Origin: a virus
Taxonomy: Duplodnaviria; Caudoviricetes
DNA length: 61,822 nucleotides
IMG/VR virus record: IMGVR_UViG_3300046373_000181
Coordinates: 1-61,822 of that record
Reading direction: 5' to 3' (one strand)
Numbering within the stretch: position 1 is the first letter of the stretch; each line of letters opens with the position of its first letter. The translations under genes and the position numbers were made by a program. The notes beneath the pieces are model-generated. The model made no database searches, had not been told where the DNA came from, and saw only the letters and a program-made list of their open reading frames with translations. Positions 1-9,128 of the stretch are shown piece after piece.

Positions 1-139
1 GTCTGCACTAATCCATTCAAGACCAAAGAAACTCTACTGGAGAAGGTAAAGGAAGTGGGAGCTACGCTACTCTCCGAACCGGTAGAAATGTTCGCAATCC
101 CCGCCCCGCCCGTCACCACCCCACCCGCACTGCCCGAGC
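1..139. repeat. Terminal direct repeat, left copy (circular overlap)
   Basis: 1-139 equals 61684-61822 except for two mismatches, at 127 and 132. Confidence 0.95.
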
Positions 140-321
140 TGGCTTCCTACGCAAAAGCGCTGTCGGAGCTAAAAGCCCGCTACAGCTTTCTGGATAGCTT
201 CTACTACTGCGAACCCGATAAGCTCTGGTGCGCAGCCTACAAGGGAACGAATCCCCCTGAGCAGGACGAGTTCGACACGCTGATAGAAGCGGTGGACTAT
301 TTCGATTCAAAACTGTTTTAA
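1..321 (+). CDS. C-terminal part of the junction-spanning protein
   Basis: In frame with the 61396 ORF through the terminal repeat. Confidence 0.75.
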   Translation, partial: VCTNPFKTKETLLEKVKEVGATLLSEPVEMFAIPAPPVTTPPALPELASYAKALSELKARYSFLDSFYYCEPDKLWCAAYKGTNPPEQDEFDTLIEAVDYFDSKLF

Positions 322-334
322 CTCACTACTTCCG

Positions 335-592
335 ATGAACTATCTTCACAAATACCCCACCCACGTATCCCCCCGTCGGCCGGAGCTAAGTAAAACGCAC
401 CTGACCAACAACCCGCGTCTGAACGAGATCATCATTGATCACCTCGTCTTTGGCACGCGCTGGGAAGCGTTTCGGCGCGATGTGGTGCGCAAGTTTCGCA
501 AGAAGTGCCTGGAAGTGCTGGAAATGCTCATGGCGGCATTCATTGCCTCCTGCATGGCCCTGTTCATTCTCGCCTTCTGGATATGGGCCTGA
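335..592 (+). CDS. Hypothetical protein with C-terminal TM helix
   Basis: ORF with a hydrophobic C-terminus in a tightly packed operon. Confidence 0.65.
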   Translation: MNYLHKYPTHVSPRRPELSKTHLTNNPRLNEIIIDHLVFGTRWEAFRRDVVRKFRKKCLEVLEMLMAAFIASCMALFILAFWIWA

Positions 593-695
593 GCGACCGA
601 GCCGAAGCCCGAAAGGGACTTCTGATCTATCTGGTGAGTGCCGTAGCGTTTGCGGGAATCACCCTGTTTTTTCTTAACGTATACTAACTACCGTC

Positions 696-944
696 ATGAA
701 CTATCAACTATTCTGCCATATCCTGAACGACAGTCTGATTTTCGAGCCAACACCACTGGTCACCCCGGACGTATGGGAGGAGTGGCAACAGGAATTCTAC
801 ACCGATTTTAAGGAGCATAGTGTTAGTCGCGACGCATCACTATCCGATAAGGAGAAAGTCACCCAGTGGGTGCGGGACGCCTTTTCGGAATACAGTTTTG
901 ATACCCATAATTTTCAGCTAAAGCCAGAATTTATACAGCCATGA
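696..944 (+). CDS. Hypothetical protein
   Basis: ATGA overlap with the downstream MTase. Confidence 0.7.
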   Translation: MNYQLFCHILNDSLIFEPTPLVTPDVWEEWQQEFYTDFKEHSVSRDASLSDKEKVTQWVRDAFSEYSFDTHNFQLKPEFIQP

Positions 945-1699
945 AAGTAATGGATCTATTTGCAGGAATCGGCGGCTTTTCCGTGGCCGCTCACGCAATG
1001 GGATGGGAAACCGTCGTGATGGTTGAATGGGACAAAAAACGCCGACTATGGCTACAAAAAATCTATCCTCAGACCTTTATACATGGAGATATTGACACCT
1101 TCGATAATAGCCCCTACCGCAACTCAATTGACCTTATTTGCGGTGGTGAGCCCTGTCAGGGAAATAGTATTGCCGGAAACCGTAAAGGAGTATCCGACCC
1201 CCGTTTCAAGTGGCCGGCTTATTTACGGCAGGTTGATGAGGTCGCCCCGCTTTGGGTCGTTAACGAAAATGTTACCGGTTCAATTTCTAACGGAATACTG
1301 GACCGAAAGATCAGTGATCTGGAAGCAATCGGTTACGCCTGCTGGCCGCCCCTTGTTATCCCTGCACGTGCAGCCGGATGCCATCACGAACGGGAGCGGG
1401 TATATCTCGTTGCCTACTCCCTGCGCACAGGACGGCGGCAACTCAACACTTCCGCCCTCCCAGCTGAGCAAACGAAAGGGAATGTATGGAACGGTGCCCA
1501 GCGCCCTGCTCCACTTGGGCCAGTTACCCGGTACGCCAATTCATCCGAGATTTTACGAGCGGCTGATGGGCTTTCCAGTGGGATACCTGCCTCTGACAGA
1601 AACAAGGCCATTGAGTCCTACGGAAATGCCGTAGTACCCCAGATTCCCTACAAGATTTTTCAAGCTATCCAGCACACCGAAAACACCACCACACCATGA
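941..1699 (+). CDS. C5 cytosine DNA methyltransferase 1, alpha chain (lacks motif IX/TRD)
   Basis: Motifs I DLFAGIGG, IV GEPCQ, VI ENV, VIII HERERVY, X YGNAVVP. Confidence 0.92.
   Translation: MKVMDLFAGIGGFSVAAHAMGWETVVMVEWDKKRRLWLQKIYPQTFIHGDIDTFDNSPYRNSIDLICGGEPCQGNSIAGNRKGVSDPRFKWPAYLRQVDEVAPLWVVNENVTGSISNGILDRKISDLEAIGYACWPPLVIPARAAGCHHERERVYLVAYSLRTGRRQLNTSALPAEQTKGNVWNGAQRPAPLGPVTRYANSSEILRAADGLSSGIPASDRNKAIESYGNAVVPQIPYKIFQAIQHTENTTTP
1023..1634 (+). CDS. Nested +1-frame beta chain of MTase 1 (carries motif IX)
   Basis: 203-codon open alternative frame with LPTPCAQDG and HPRFYERLMGFPVGY; start uncertain. Confidence 0.75.
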   Translation: MNGTKNADYGYKKSILRPLYMEILTPSIIAPTATQLTLFAVVSPVREIVLPETVKEYPTPVSSGRLIYGRLMRSPRFGSLTKMLPVQFLTEYWTERSVIWKQSVTPAGRPLLSLHVQPDAITNGSGYISLPTPCAQDGGNSTLPPSQLSKRKGMYGTVPSALLHLGQLPGTPIHPRFYERLMGFPVGYLPLTETRPLSPTEMP

Positions 1700-1863
1700 C
1701 CACCTACGATACCACCCGCCCCCGTCGCCACCTGATCAACACGCTGCGGGCCCTTGTGCTGATCGCCTTCGTCTGGCTCTGGCACAGCAAATGGAAAGAG
1801 CGCTCCCCGCGTCTGGCCGTGCAGGCGGAGGTGGTGTGCAGTAGTCGAGCGATACCGAAATGA
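1696..1863 (+). CDS. Small hypothetical membrane protein (55 aa)
   Basis: ATGA-coupled to the MTase stop; MTTYDTTRPRRHLINTLRALVLIAFVWLW. Confidence 0.5.
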   Translation: MTTYDTTRPRRHLINTLRALVLIAFVWLWHSKWKERSPRLAVQAEVVCSSRAIPK

Positions 1864-1887
1864 TTTACAATCATAAATAATCTATCA

Positions 1888-2697
1888 ATGGAATTAGACC
1901 TGTTTCCAGAACACAAAGATTACTCCGGGCAAAAGGTATTGCTAGGCCTTTCGGGTGGTATTAATTCCATGGCTGTACTGTGCTGGCTAGCAGAGGGGCC
2001 AAAAGAGTTCTATCCGGCTGAACTACATCTTTACTACACGCACCTTGTTGAGCACTCACCGGACACATTTCAGTTTGTGGCAGATGGGGTAAGGTGGGCT
2101 CGGAAAGCCTTTCCCTGTGTAATCTTTAGGATGTCAAGGGGTTCAGCTATTGAGTTGTTTAGGCAACAAAAGATGATCCCCCACCCAACTAAGCCACTAT
2201 GCTCAATCCGGCTGAAGATTGAACCCGTAGAACGTTACATGGTCGAAAATGGCATAACAGTAAACTTGGTGGGCTACGTAAAGAAAGAAGCCGTTCGGCG
2301 GGCAAGCAGAATGGCAATGCGAACCAAATCTGAATTAAACAATGTGATTTCAAAGGGAATAAGCGTTTCCTTTCCTATCTCGAAATACTCTGATAATTGG
2401 TGCTTTACTATAGTCGATAAGCACATCGGTTGGCATCCGGTGATTTACGATATAAGGGAACGTGGCAAAAAAGTGTTTACGCACAATAACTGTCTGCCTT
2501 GTATGCATATGGAAGAACCTGACCTAAAGGCGACAGCTAAACACTACCCTAAATACATGAAAAAAGCGCTAGACCTTTCGGGTGAGCTGAAGCGGCATTG
2601 GGGACGTGATGCCGATTCTTTTTACACAACATTTGGAAGGGAGGACTATGAAAAGGAATATAAGCCACAGCCCTGTGAAGTTTGTGCATTTGATTGA
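1888..2697 (+). CDS. PP-loop (PAPS reductase-like) protein with Cys motifs
   Basis: LGLSGGINS PP-loop, LCSIRLKIEP, HNNCLPC, C-terminal CEVC. Confidence 0.8.
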   Translation: MELDLFPEHKDYSGQKVLLGLSGGINSMAVLCWLAEGPKEFYPAELHLYYTHLVEHSPDTFQFVADGVRWARKAFPCVIFRMSRGSAIELFRQQKMIPHPTKPLCSIRLKIEPVERYMVENGITVNLVGYVKKEAVRRASRMAMRTKSELNNVISKGISVSFPISKYSDNWCFTIVDKHIGWHPVIYDIRERGKKVFTHNNCLPCMHMEEPDLKATAKHYPKYMKKALDLSGELKRHWGRDADSFYTTFGREDYEKEYKPQPCEVCAFD

Positions 2698-2862
2698 CCC
2701 CGCATAATGGCCAAACGCATTGAGAAGCCCGCCACGCTGCGGGTGGTGCAGGGGATTCTGCCCAATACGGGTATGCCCATGAAAATCACCATCTACGTCA
2801 ACGGGGCGATACGGATCGAACGGCAGGGAAGGATATAACGTGTATTTATTAACCAAAGCAAA

Positions 2863-3609
2863 ATGAGCGAATTAACGATGGGTTCTCTCTTCGCCGGAAC
2901 GGGGGGATTCGAGTTGGCAGCCGAACGAAACGGCATCAAACCCCTTTGGAATTGTGAGATAGACGAACTGAAGCGACAGAAATTAAAAAAGAACTTTCCT
3001 GATGTACAACAATACGCCGACATCCGAGATTTGCACTACCCCCAACATGTTGATATCCTCACCGGGGGATTCCCCTGTCAGGACATTAGTTCAGCCGCCG
3101 GTCACCGAGCCACAGGAATTAACGGCCAAAGGTCGGGGCTATGGAAGCACTACGCCCGTTTACTGGGGGAAGTTAGACCTTCAGTCATCGTCTTTGAAAA
3201 CAGCCCAAGAATCGTTGTTTCCGGACTCGAGCAAGTCTTATGCGATCTTGCCCGACACGGGTATGATGCTGAATGGCGCCCTTTTTATGCTGCCCAATTC
3301 GGATACAATCACTATCGAAAACGAACATACGGCGTTGCCTTCGCCCGGAGCTCAGGATGGGAGAGTTGTCTTAAAAAAGGTGGAATCCTTGAAAAAGTAT
3401 TATCAGGCAAAAATCTCCCACCAAAATCACCTCCTGAAGCAGTGCCAACTAAACGGTATGACCGCCATTCAGACTATGAATCTGTACGAATGGATGATGG
3501 GTTTTCCAAAGAACTGGACAAGTTTAGAATCCACGATTGTGGAAACGCTGTAGTTGTCGACATTCCACAAGCCATCTTTTATCAACTCAAACTTCACTGG
3601 CCAATCTAG
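2863..3609 (+). CDS. C5 cytosine DNA methyltransferase 2, alpha chain (lacks motif IX/TRD)
   Basis: SLFAGTGG, GGFPCQD, FENS, HYRKRTY, CGNAVV. Confidence 0.92.
   Translation: MSELTMGSLFAGTGGFELAAERNGIKPLWNCEIDELKRQKLKKNFPDVQQYADIRDLHYPQHVDILTGGFPCQDISSAAGHRATGINGQRSGLWKHYARLLGEVRPSVIVFENSPRIVVSGLEQVLCDLARHGYDAEWRPFYAAQFGYNHYRKRTYGVAFARSSGWESCLKKGGILEKVLSGKNLPPKSPPEAVPTKRYDRHSDYESVRMDDGFSKELDKFRIHDCGNAVVVDIPQAIFYQLKLHWPI
3002..3553 (+). CDS. Nested +1-frame beta chain of MTase 2 (carries motif IX)
   Basis: 183-codon alternative frame with LPSPGAQDG and LYEWMMGFPKNWT. Confidence 0.75.
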   Translation: MYNNTPTSEICTTPNMLISSPGDSPVRTLVQPPVTEPQELTAKGRGYGSTTPVYWGKLDLQSSSLKTAQESLFPDSSKSYAILPDTGMMLNGALFMLPNSDTITIENEHTALPSPGAQDGRVVLKKVESLKKYYQAKISHQNHLLKQCQLNGMTAIQTMNLYEWMMGFPKNWTSLESTIVETL

Positions 3610-3624
3610 CCAACAATCAACCCC

Positions 3625-4140
3625 ATGCATGCAATCCTCTACGACGGGCCAAAACCCGCTGCTGTCACCTTTGCTGACCACAAATTACCCGCATTGCAAA
3701 AGAAATACGGCAATTTGCTCCACGTACTCAGTGGCGATTTGCCCCAGCAGCCCGCGGCCGTAGGTATTTCCAAGCCCACGCTGGGTAAACTCGAAGGGCT
3801 TGGTCCCGTGCCGGGCACAAAACCTCCGAGGGATAAAAAGCCGCCAAGGGAAAAGAAGGAGAAGCCGCCCAAAGTGCTGAAAGGAAAACCCCCGGTGCAT
3901 CCCCTGAAAGGCATCACCCCCGCCAACGCCAAAGCGGTCGTCAACATCACCACCGGGGAATATTACCCAAGTGAATTAGTGGCCGCCAAGGCGTTCGGGG
4001 TGCATCTGTCGACGGTGGGCAAGTAAATTGATCGCTTCAAGGATACGGGTAAGCCCATTATGTTCAGTGGGCAGTCCATCCGCCTGGCTACCGTGAAAGA
4101 GCAACTAGCCGGTAAGTACATTCCCCTTAGAGAGCAGTAA
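3625..4140 (+). pseudogene. NUMOD1-like DNA-binding protein with an in-frame TAA at 4024-4026
   Basis: KAVVNITTGEYYPSELVAAKAFGV motif; the frame stays open 37 codons past the stop, up to the next gene. Confidence 0.55.
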
Positions 4141-4152
4141 ACAATAGCAATC

Positions 4153-4341
4153 ATGGCACAGAAACGATTAAAAATAAACCTCGAACTGCATCAGGTCGGG
4201 GAGGGGCGCACCTTTCTAAACTACTGGAACGCGCGTAACGGGGATGATGTAGCCTGCGAAGTGGTTGACGGTAGGTTGATTCACGAAGGCACCGAAATTA
4301 CCCTGGCTGAATTTATTGATAAAGTCGTCTCCAAGTTCTAG
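4153..4341 (+). CDS. Hypothetical protein
   Basis: ORF in operon. Confidence 0.6.
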   Translation: MAQKRLKINLELHQVGEGRTFLNYWNARNGDDVACEVVDGRLIHEGTEITLAEFIDKVVSKF

Positions 4342-4355
4342 TCCAATGCTCAACC

Positions 4356-4556
4356 ATGAAAACGCGCATTCAGAAACGATTCTATGCATTGGTAAATGCC
4401 AGCGGCGAAATGTGGGACAATCGACTTGGTGAGAGCCGTTCGGAAATCTACACCGAGTACGGCAGTAAACAGGCGGCTATTGAAGACAAGTGGACCGCTA
4501 AAGAGGTAACAATATATTATACGCTCATAAATACCCCACAATCAACGAACTCATGA
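4356..4556 (+). CDS. Hypothetical protein
   Basis: ORF with ATGA overlap to the next gene. Confidence 0.6.
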   Translation: MKTRIQKRFYALVNASGEMWDNRLGESRSEIYTEYGSKQAAIEDKWTAKEVTIYYTLINTPQSTNS

Positions 4557-4828
4557 ATGATGAACAATCACTAGCTCGAAGTGCAGAACGGCTTAAAATC
4601 GCCCTAAAAGAGCGTAAACTAAGCTACATCGGTGCGGAGTCTATAACGGGCATCTTCTCGCACATCCTGAGTCAGTATACCAAAGGGAAGCGGGCTGTAA
4701 CCGAACGCCACGCTGTCCTACTCACCACGGCGCTTGGTCACAGCCCCGAGTATTGGCTGGGGAAAGAGCAGAAACGGGTAGCGACCGGCGACATACACCC
4801 GCTCACGGGGGAAGTGAAGAGGTGGTAA
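4553..4828 (+). CDS. XRE/HigA-like HTH protein
   Basis: LSQYTKGKRAVTERHAVLLTTALGHSPEYWL pattern. Confidence 0.8.
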   Translation: MNDEQSLARSAERLKIALKERKLSYIGAESITGIFSHILSQYTKGKRAVTERHAVLLTTALGHSPEYWLGKEQKRVATGDIHPLTGEVKRW

Positions 4829-4850
4829 ATCACAATTAACAAACTAAACT

Positions 4851-5228
4851 ATGTTACACACAAGAGCATCCGCAGTTCGATCATTTTACAATAAAATGGA
4901 ATCGGCAATGAATCAGGGCTGGCAGTCTTTTGCCAAAAAGGAAGCGGAGAAAACAAAGCGTAGCAATGCAAGGATAATCCGGCTCTTAAGCGCCATAAAA
5001 GGCACTGAATTTACAATGCAGTTGCAGGCTTACCGAAAGCTGGTCAAATCAGAAACCTCAGCCATGCGCATTACACGAAAACCAACTGGCATTGCGGTTA
5101 CTGACAAACGGTTTGCCCTTATACCCAACGTTTGGCTTGAGCAGAGAGAGTGTGAGGATGGTAAGTATGCCTACGTTTGCATTCAGGTAAAGCCCAATCG
5201 CTGGGTGAGATTTGTCGTTTGGTTTTAA
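4851..5228 (+). CDS. Hypothetical protein
   Basis: ORF in operon. Confidence 0.65.
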   Translation: MLHTRASAVRSFYNKMESAMNQGWQSFAKKEAEKTKRSNARIIRLLSAIKGTEFTMQLQAYRKLVKSETSAMRITRKPTGIAVTDKRFALIPNVWLEQRECEDGKYAYVCIQVKPNRWVRFVVWF

Positions 5229-5270
5229 CCCCACCCGCTGCCGGGAACGGCGGCTTAGCCCGAAAACGAA

Positions 5271-5729
5271 ATGATGAACGACACGAAGGTTAGTGCCTAT
5301 CCCAAACTAAGACGTGAACCATACTGTGACAGAACAGAAATATCAATACAGGACTATACTATAGTCTTCCCGATTACTTTTATTCATTACGTAGAGCTAG
5401 AAGAGGGCTTTACTAGGGAGCTAGACTTATATTCAAGTGAAACTGATCTTGGTATTGAGGTGTCTCATACGCATTATATAACCTTTGGGGTGGCTTTTAG
5501 AAAAATCTGTCAGCTTACGCCAAAAATGGAAGCTTATATTTTGTATGAGTTAGGCGAGGTCTATTCTTTTTTGAAGGAAAATAAAAAGCATGAACTGATA
5601 CGCTTCATTTACTGTAAATTCGAGATGATCTCAAGCAGATTGCATATTACGTTCCGGGTTACATCAGGTGAGATGAATATACAGATATACGAGAAAATCC
5701 TTGATGTTTCATCTGATTTATACCTATAG
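5271..5729 (+). CDS. Hypothetical AT-rich protein
   Basis: 152-aa ORF just before a terminator. Confidence 0.65.
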   Translation: MMNDTKVSAYPKLRREPYCDRTEISIQDYTIVFPITFIHYVELEEGFTRELDLYSSETDLGIEVSHTHYITFGVAFRKICQLTPKMEAYILYELGEVYSFLKENKKHELIRFIYCKFEMISSRLHITFRVTSGEMNIQIYEKILDVSSDLYL

Positions 5730-5760
5730 ATTGGCTTAACGCAAGAAACTCGCGAACAAC

Positions 5761-5796
5761 AAAAAAGCTGATGCCGTCTATGTGCATCAGCTTTTT
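5761..5796. terminator. Bidirectional intrinsic terminator
   Basis: aaaaaagctgatgc-loop-gcatcagcttttt between convergent operons. Confidence 0.85.
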
Positions 5797-5813
5797 GATC
5801 GTAAACCCTTAAC

Positions 5814-5975
5814 TTATTCAACTTGTAATAAGTCTGCATCAAACGGATTTATACCACCTGCGAATGTGGCGTTCTGGCTTTCAACCCATTCAATAAATCT
5901 GATAAATAATTCATCCATATCGGTATCTGTAGATACACTAACAATGCCGCTTAACTTAAACTCTTTGGTTTCCAT
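5814..5975 (-). CDS. Small hypothetical protein (53 aa)
   Basis: METKEFKLSGIV...FIEWVESQNATFAGG, translated manually. Confidence 0.55.
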   Translation of the reverse strand: METKEFKLSGIVSVSTDTDMDELFIRFIEWVESQNATFAGGINPFDADLLQVE

Positions 5976-5979
5976 ATGG

Positions 5980-6561
5980 CTATGTTTTATCTAAGCCAAC
6001 GCGACTTAGCCAGCTGTCAGCAAATATTTCCTGCGCTGGCGCTTTCTCCATAATCTCTAAATATCTTGCTCCTTGCATAATATTAAGCCATTTAAATAAT
6101 CGTTGTGGATTGGGATGATTGTTCAGTATGGAAAGTGTTGTTGGCCCCACAATGCCATCAATTAACACATCAGGATAAAGTTGCTGGTTTTTATTAGTGA
6201 CATTCAGTGCCCGTTGCAAAAACCTTGATGCGACCCCTACGCCCATGTTAATCGCGGTATCAAATAGCTCGTTGGCAATTGCCTGATTGACGACGTAATC
6301 AAGCTTATTGACATCCCAGTAGTTTGTCTTATATAGGCTTCTCACTAACCCCATTAGTTCAACATTGGCGAACATGACCTTATCATAGTTATCCCTCGGG
6401 GTGTACTTTTTGATTTGGTCAACAATAGCCCAACCTTTCCAATTGGGATTAAAGTTTCGAGCTACTCCACCAAAGGTTTCGCCTCCAGTGTCTTTGAAGT
6501 TATTTGCATAGCCTCCTTCATGGCCCATTGTAATGTCGTAAGCAATCTCAAATTTTGCCAT
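5980..6561 (-). CDS. Endolysin, glycoside hydrolase family 108 with PG-binding domain
   Basis: HEGGYAN..DTGGETFGG, LFDTAINMG, DGIVGPTTL. Confidence 0.93.
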   Translation of the reverse strand: MAKFEIAYDITMGHEGGYANNFKDTGGETFGGVARNFNPNWKGWAIVDQIKKYTPRDNYDKVMFANVELMGLVRSLYKTNYWDVNKLDYVVNQAIANELFDTAINMGVGVASRFLQRALNVTNKNQQLYPDVLIDGIVGPTTLSILNNHPNPQRLFKWLNIMQGARYLEIMEKAPAQEIFADSWLSRVGLDKT

Positions 6562-6763
6562 AGTGCCTAATCTTGTGTATTGGAAAGATGCAAAACCCTG
6601 TCTAATTCAATTCTCATCACTTCTGCCATGCTCATGCCCGCTTCTTCGGCAAAGCATTTAAGGTGGCTTGCGGCTCGAACGTCGGTAGGCTCGAATGGTT
6701 GTTTACAAATCCGGCAACTGCCATACGGGGGTGGTGTAAGGGTGAGTTTTGGCTTCATATCGT

Positions 6764-6964
6764 CTAATCGATTATATCACACGCAATCAGGTACGTGTAC
6801 TTATGGGTAGAATCTTCCCTGCGAATGTTAATAGCGGTATTGGTCAGCCAGCGGTCGAACTCCTCAAGCCGTTTGTGTTTTGGCACGGTGACGATCTCCT
6901 GCCGTGGCACCTTGCCCGTGGCGGTCTCGAAGCAGGCGAAAAACATTACCTTCTGGGTTTCCAT
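6764..6964 (-). CDS. Hypothetical protein
   Basis: ORF in a packed minus-strand operon. Confidence 0.55.
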   Translation of the reverse strand: METQKVMFFACFETATGKVPRQEIVTVPKHKRLEEFDRWLTNTAINIRREDSTHKYTYLIACDIID

Positions 6965-6967
6965 GGC

Positions 6968-7138
6968 TTATCCTCTAAGGCCTACATTATCTTTCCACAG
7001 CTTATCGGCCAACATTTCAATAAAGGCATCGCCCTTCTGTTTTAGGTTGGCAATAGCCTCTTCCCGCTTCATCCCTTGTAAATAAGGCGAGTTGGCAAGG
7101 CAGTACTCAATTGCTTCGTTTCGTCTTGCGTTAGTCAT
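6968..7138 (-). CDS. Small hypothetical protein (56 aa)
   Basis: MTNARRNEAIEYCLANSPYL, translated manually; fills the gap. Confidence 0.55.
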   Translation of the reverse strand: MTNARRNEAIEYCLANSPYLQGMKREEAIANLKQKGDAFIEMLADKLWKDNVGLRG

Positions 7139-7281
7139 TTTCCGTACCGTTTACGTGAATACTTCTCTTTGATTGCCCGTATCTCGGCCCGGCGTTGCAT
7201 GTAGCCAATGACACCCTGCCAGAACAGGTAACAGCCCCAGCCGAGGGTCCACAGCTTGATGAAGATGGTCTGCGCGTCCAT
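7135..7281 (-). CDS. Small single-TM protein with a basic tail (48 aa)
   Basis: MDAQTIFIKLWTLGWGCYLFWQGVIGYMQRRAEIRAIKEKYSRKRYGK. Confidence 0.55.
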   Translation of the reverse strand: MDAQTIFIKLWTLGWGCYLFWQGVIGYMQRRAEIRAIKEKYSRKRYGK

Positions 7282-7282
7282 G

Positions 7283-7537
7283 TTAATCCCATCCGGGTTT
7301 TACGCCCTCAATGTCGCCAACGAAGTAGTCTCCTGAGCTTACGACAAACGGTATGTTGTTCTCCTGGAAAATAGCATCCAGATCATAATTGCAAAGACAG
7401 CAATCCCAAACAGATTCTTCACCATCAGCTAATTCGCCGTCCTCTTCTACATCAAGGGTAATCCCGAAATGCTCCAGAAACTGGCGGGGGGATTCGATTT
7501 CTTTGTCGCCCTTGTCGACTACGATGACTTGACACAT
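7283..7537 (-). CDS. Hypothetical acidic protein
   Basis: ORF in operon. Confidence 0.65.
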   Translation of the reverse strand: MCQVIVVDKGDKEIESPRQFLEHFGITLDVEEDGELADGEESVWDCCLCNYDLDAIFQENNIPFVVSSGDYFVGDIEGVKPGWD

Positions 7538-7898
7538 GTTCGCTTAAGGTTTATGCCTGCTTGTTTGGTTTATGAGTGAGAATCAGAAAGATGTAGTAAG
7601 CGCTCTCTATCCTCAATCTCTTTTGAGAAGTAATGAAAGGCAATCCAGCCTAAACACAACCTTGTCGTGCAGGAGCCGCGGTAGAAACTAAAGCCACCGT
7701 AAGGGCCCCATGAAAAAGATATTGTGCCGCTTCTTGTTCGACTTTCAGTCATGGCACTGGTTGTTCACGTTCGAGCGGTATTTCTTGGGATACGCGACGA
7801 CACCCCCGCCAATGGCAGCGGTGCGGATGTCTTTTTCACTTGGTTCGCGGTAGTGCGCGGAGGGGGTTGGTGTTTTGGTTTTCATGTGTATGGTTGGT

Positions 7899-8201
7899 TT
7901 ATGTGATGATACGATTTCGTGCTGAGTTGAAGCCCTTTTTGCCCTTCCATTTGGGCTTTTCAGTAACCTCAAGCGGTGAGTACTTTATTTCCTTGCTCAT
8001 GGCCTGAACACTGGCAGCAAACTTCTTAATGTCTTCATCCTTTGATGCGACATGCCAAAGATGATCCTGCGCTTCTTTTATGTCAGCTACGACGACTTCA
8101 ATTTCCTTTTGTATCTGAGCGGACAGGACATTAGCAAATAAATGCAAAATGGAGGGGTCGTAGCCAATGATGAGAATCTTACCTTTTATTTGATTTTCCA
8201 T
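7899..8201 (-). CDS. Hypothetical protein
   Basis: ORF in operon. Confidence 0.65.
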   Translation of the reverse strand: MENQIKGKILIIGYDPSILHLFANVLSAQIQKEIEVVVADIKEAQDHLWHVASKDEDIKKFAASVQAMSKEIKYSPLEVTEKPKWKGKKGFNSARNRIIT

Positions 8202-8208
8202 ATCGTTT

Positions 8209-8673
8209 CTACGTTTCTACCAGCGTTGTCTTAATCGTGAGTCCAAGTTCAAAGTTTACATATGGGTTGGTTTTGTGTACAGGCCACGGTCCATCAATCG
8301 TTTCAAAATAGAATACTATCGGCTTTGGCTCTTCGACAATCAATCCATAACGCTTGGCAATTTTGTACTGCGTTGAATAGAGGTTAAGCGATTGAACGTA
8401 TTGGGTTATATTGCGCCGAAAGTCCTCAAGTGAATCACTGTGTTTATTGATATTACAAGACGCGCAGGCAGGCATTTGATTGTCAATATTTAGCCGTTCG
8501 GGGTGCATGCATCCGTCGGGAATCATTTTCATCTTTTCCCGATCCCATTTATGATTTCTACGGATCGGCATTAGCTCGTCAATATGCCAACCCTTCTCCA
8601 AGTCACATCCGCAATAGGCACATTTGCCGCCGTACTTATTGAAAATTAACTCGCGCTCTTTCTTGGTTGCCAT
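8209..8673 (-). CDS. HNH endonuclease family protein
   Basis: GKCAYCG...WHIDEL...NQMPACASCNINK. Confidence 0.88.
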   Translation of the reverse strand: MATKKERELIFNKYGGKCAYCGCDLEKGWHIDELMPIRRNHKWDREKMKMIPDGCMHPERLNIDNQMPACASCNINKHSDSLEDFRRNITQYVQSLNLYSTQYKIAKRYGLIVEEPKPIVFYFETIDGPWPVHKTNPYVNFELGLTIKTTLVET

Positions 8674-8792
8674 CGCCTTTCCTTTCTTCGTTTTTCCATC
8701 AGAAATGTAGCAAATTCTCGCGGCAAATGCAAGAGAAATGTTTCATAAGTGCCTATTAATCAGTATATTTAGGGGAGAAAACTAGCAATATT

Positions 8793-9128
8793 ATGAATAG
8801 CAAAAACTGCCTAAACTGCCTGTGCAATGACAGCAAAACAAATCAATGCGCTCACGGCGAATTTCTGCGCGAGGTGACACCAGAAATGCTTTCTTCGCCA
8901 AACGATTGTGTGCGGTTTGAATCTATCGCTGCTTTCCTTTCTGAGCGCGGGTGGCACCCGTGGTATAACGACAATTACTGGATTAACAAAAAGTGTGTTA
9001 CCGATAACACGCGTCAAGATTACACGATGTACGGACTCTCTTTGCAAGATGCCTATACCTATGAGGTAGAAAAACTACCACCCGTACCTGTTCCACGGTA
9101 TCATTTCAGAGGCATTGCGATTCAATGA
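8793..9128 (+). CDS. Cys-rich hypothetical protein (counter-oriented moron)
   Basis: CLNCLC...CAH..C; TATATTTA promoter-like sequence upstream. Confidence 0.65.
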   Translation: MNSKNCLNCLCNDSKTNQCAHGEFLREVTPEMLSSPNDCVRFESIAAFLSERGWHPWYNDNYWINKKCVTDNTRQDYTMYGLSLQDAYTYEVEKLPPVPVPRYHFRGIAIQ

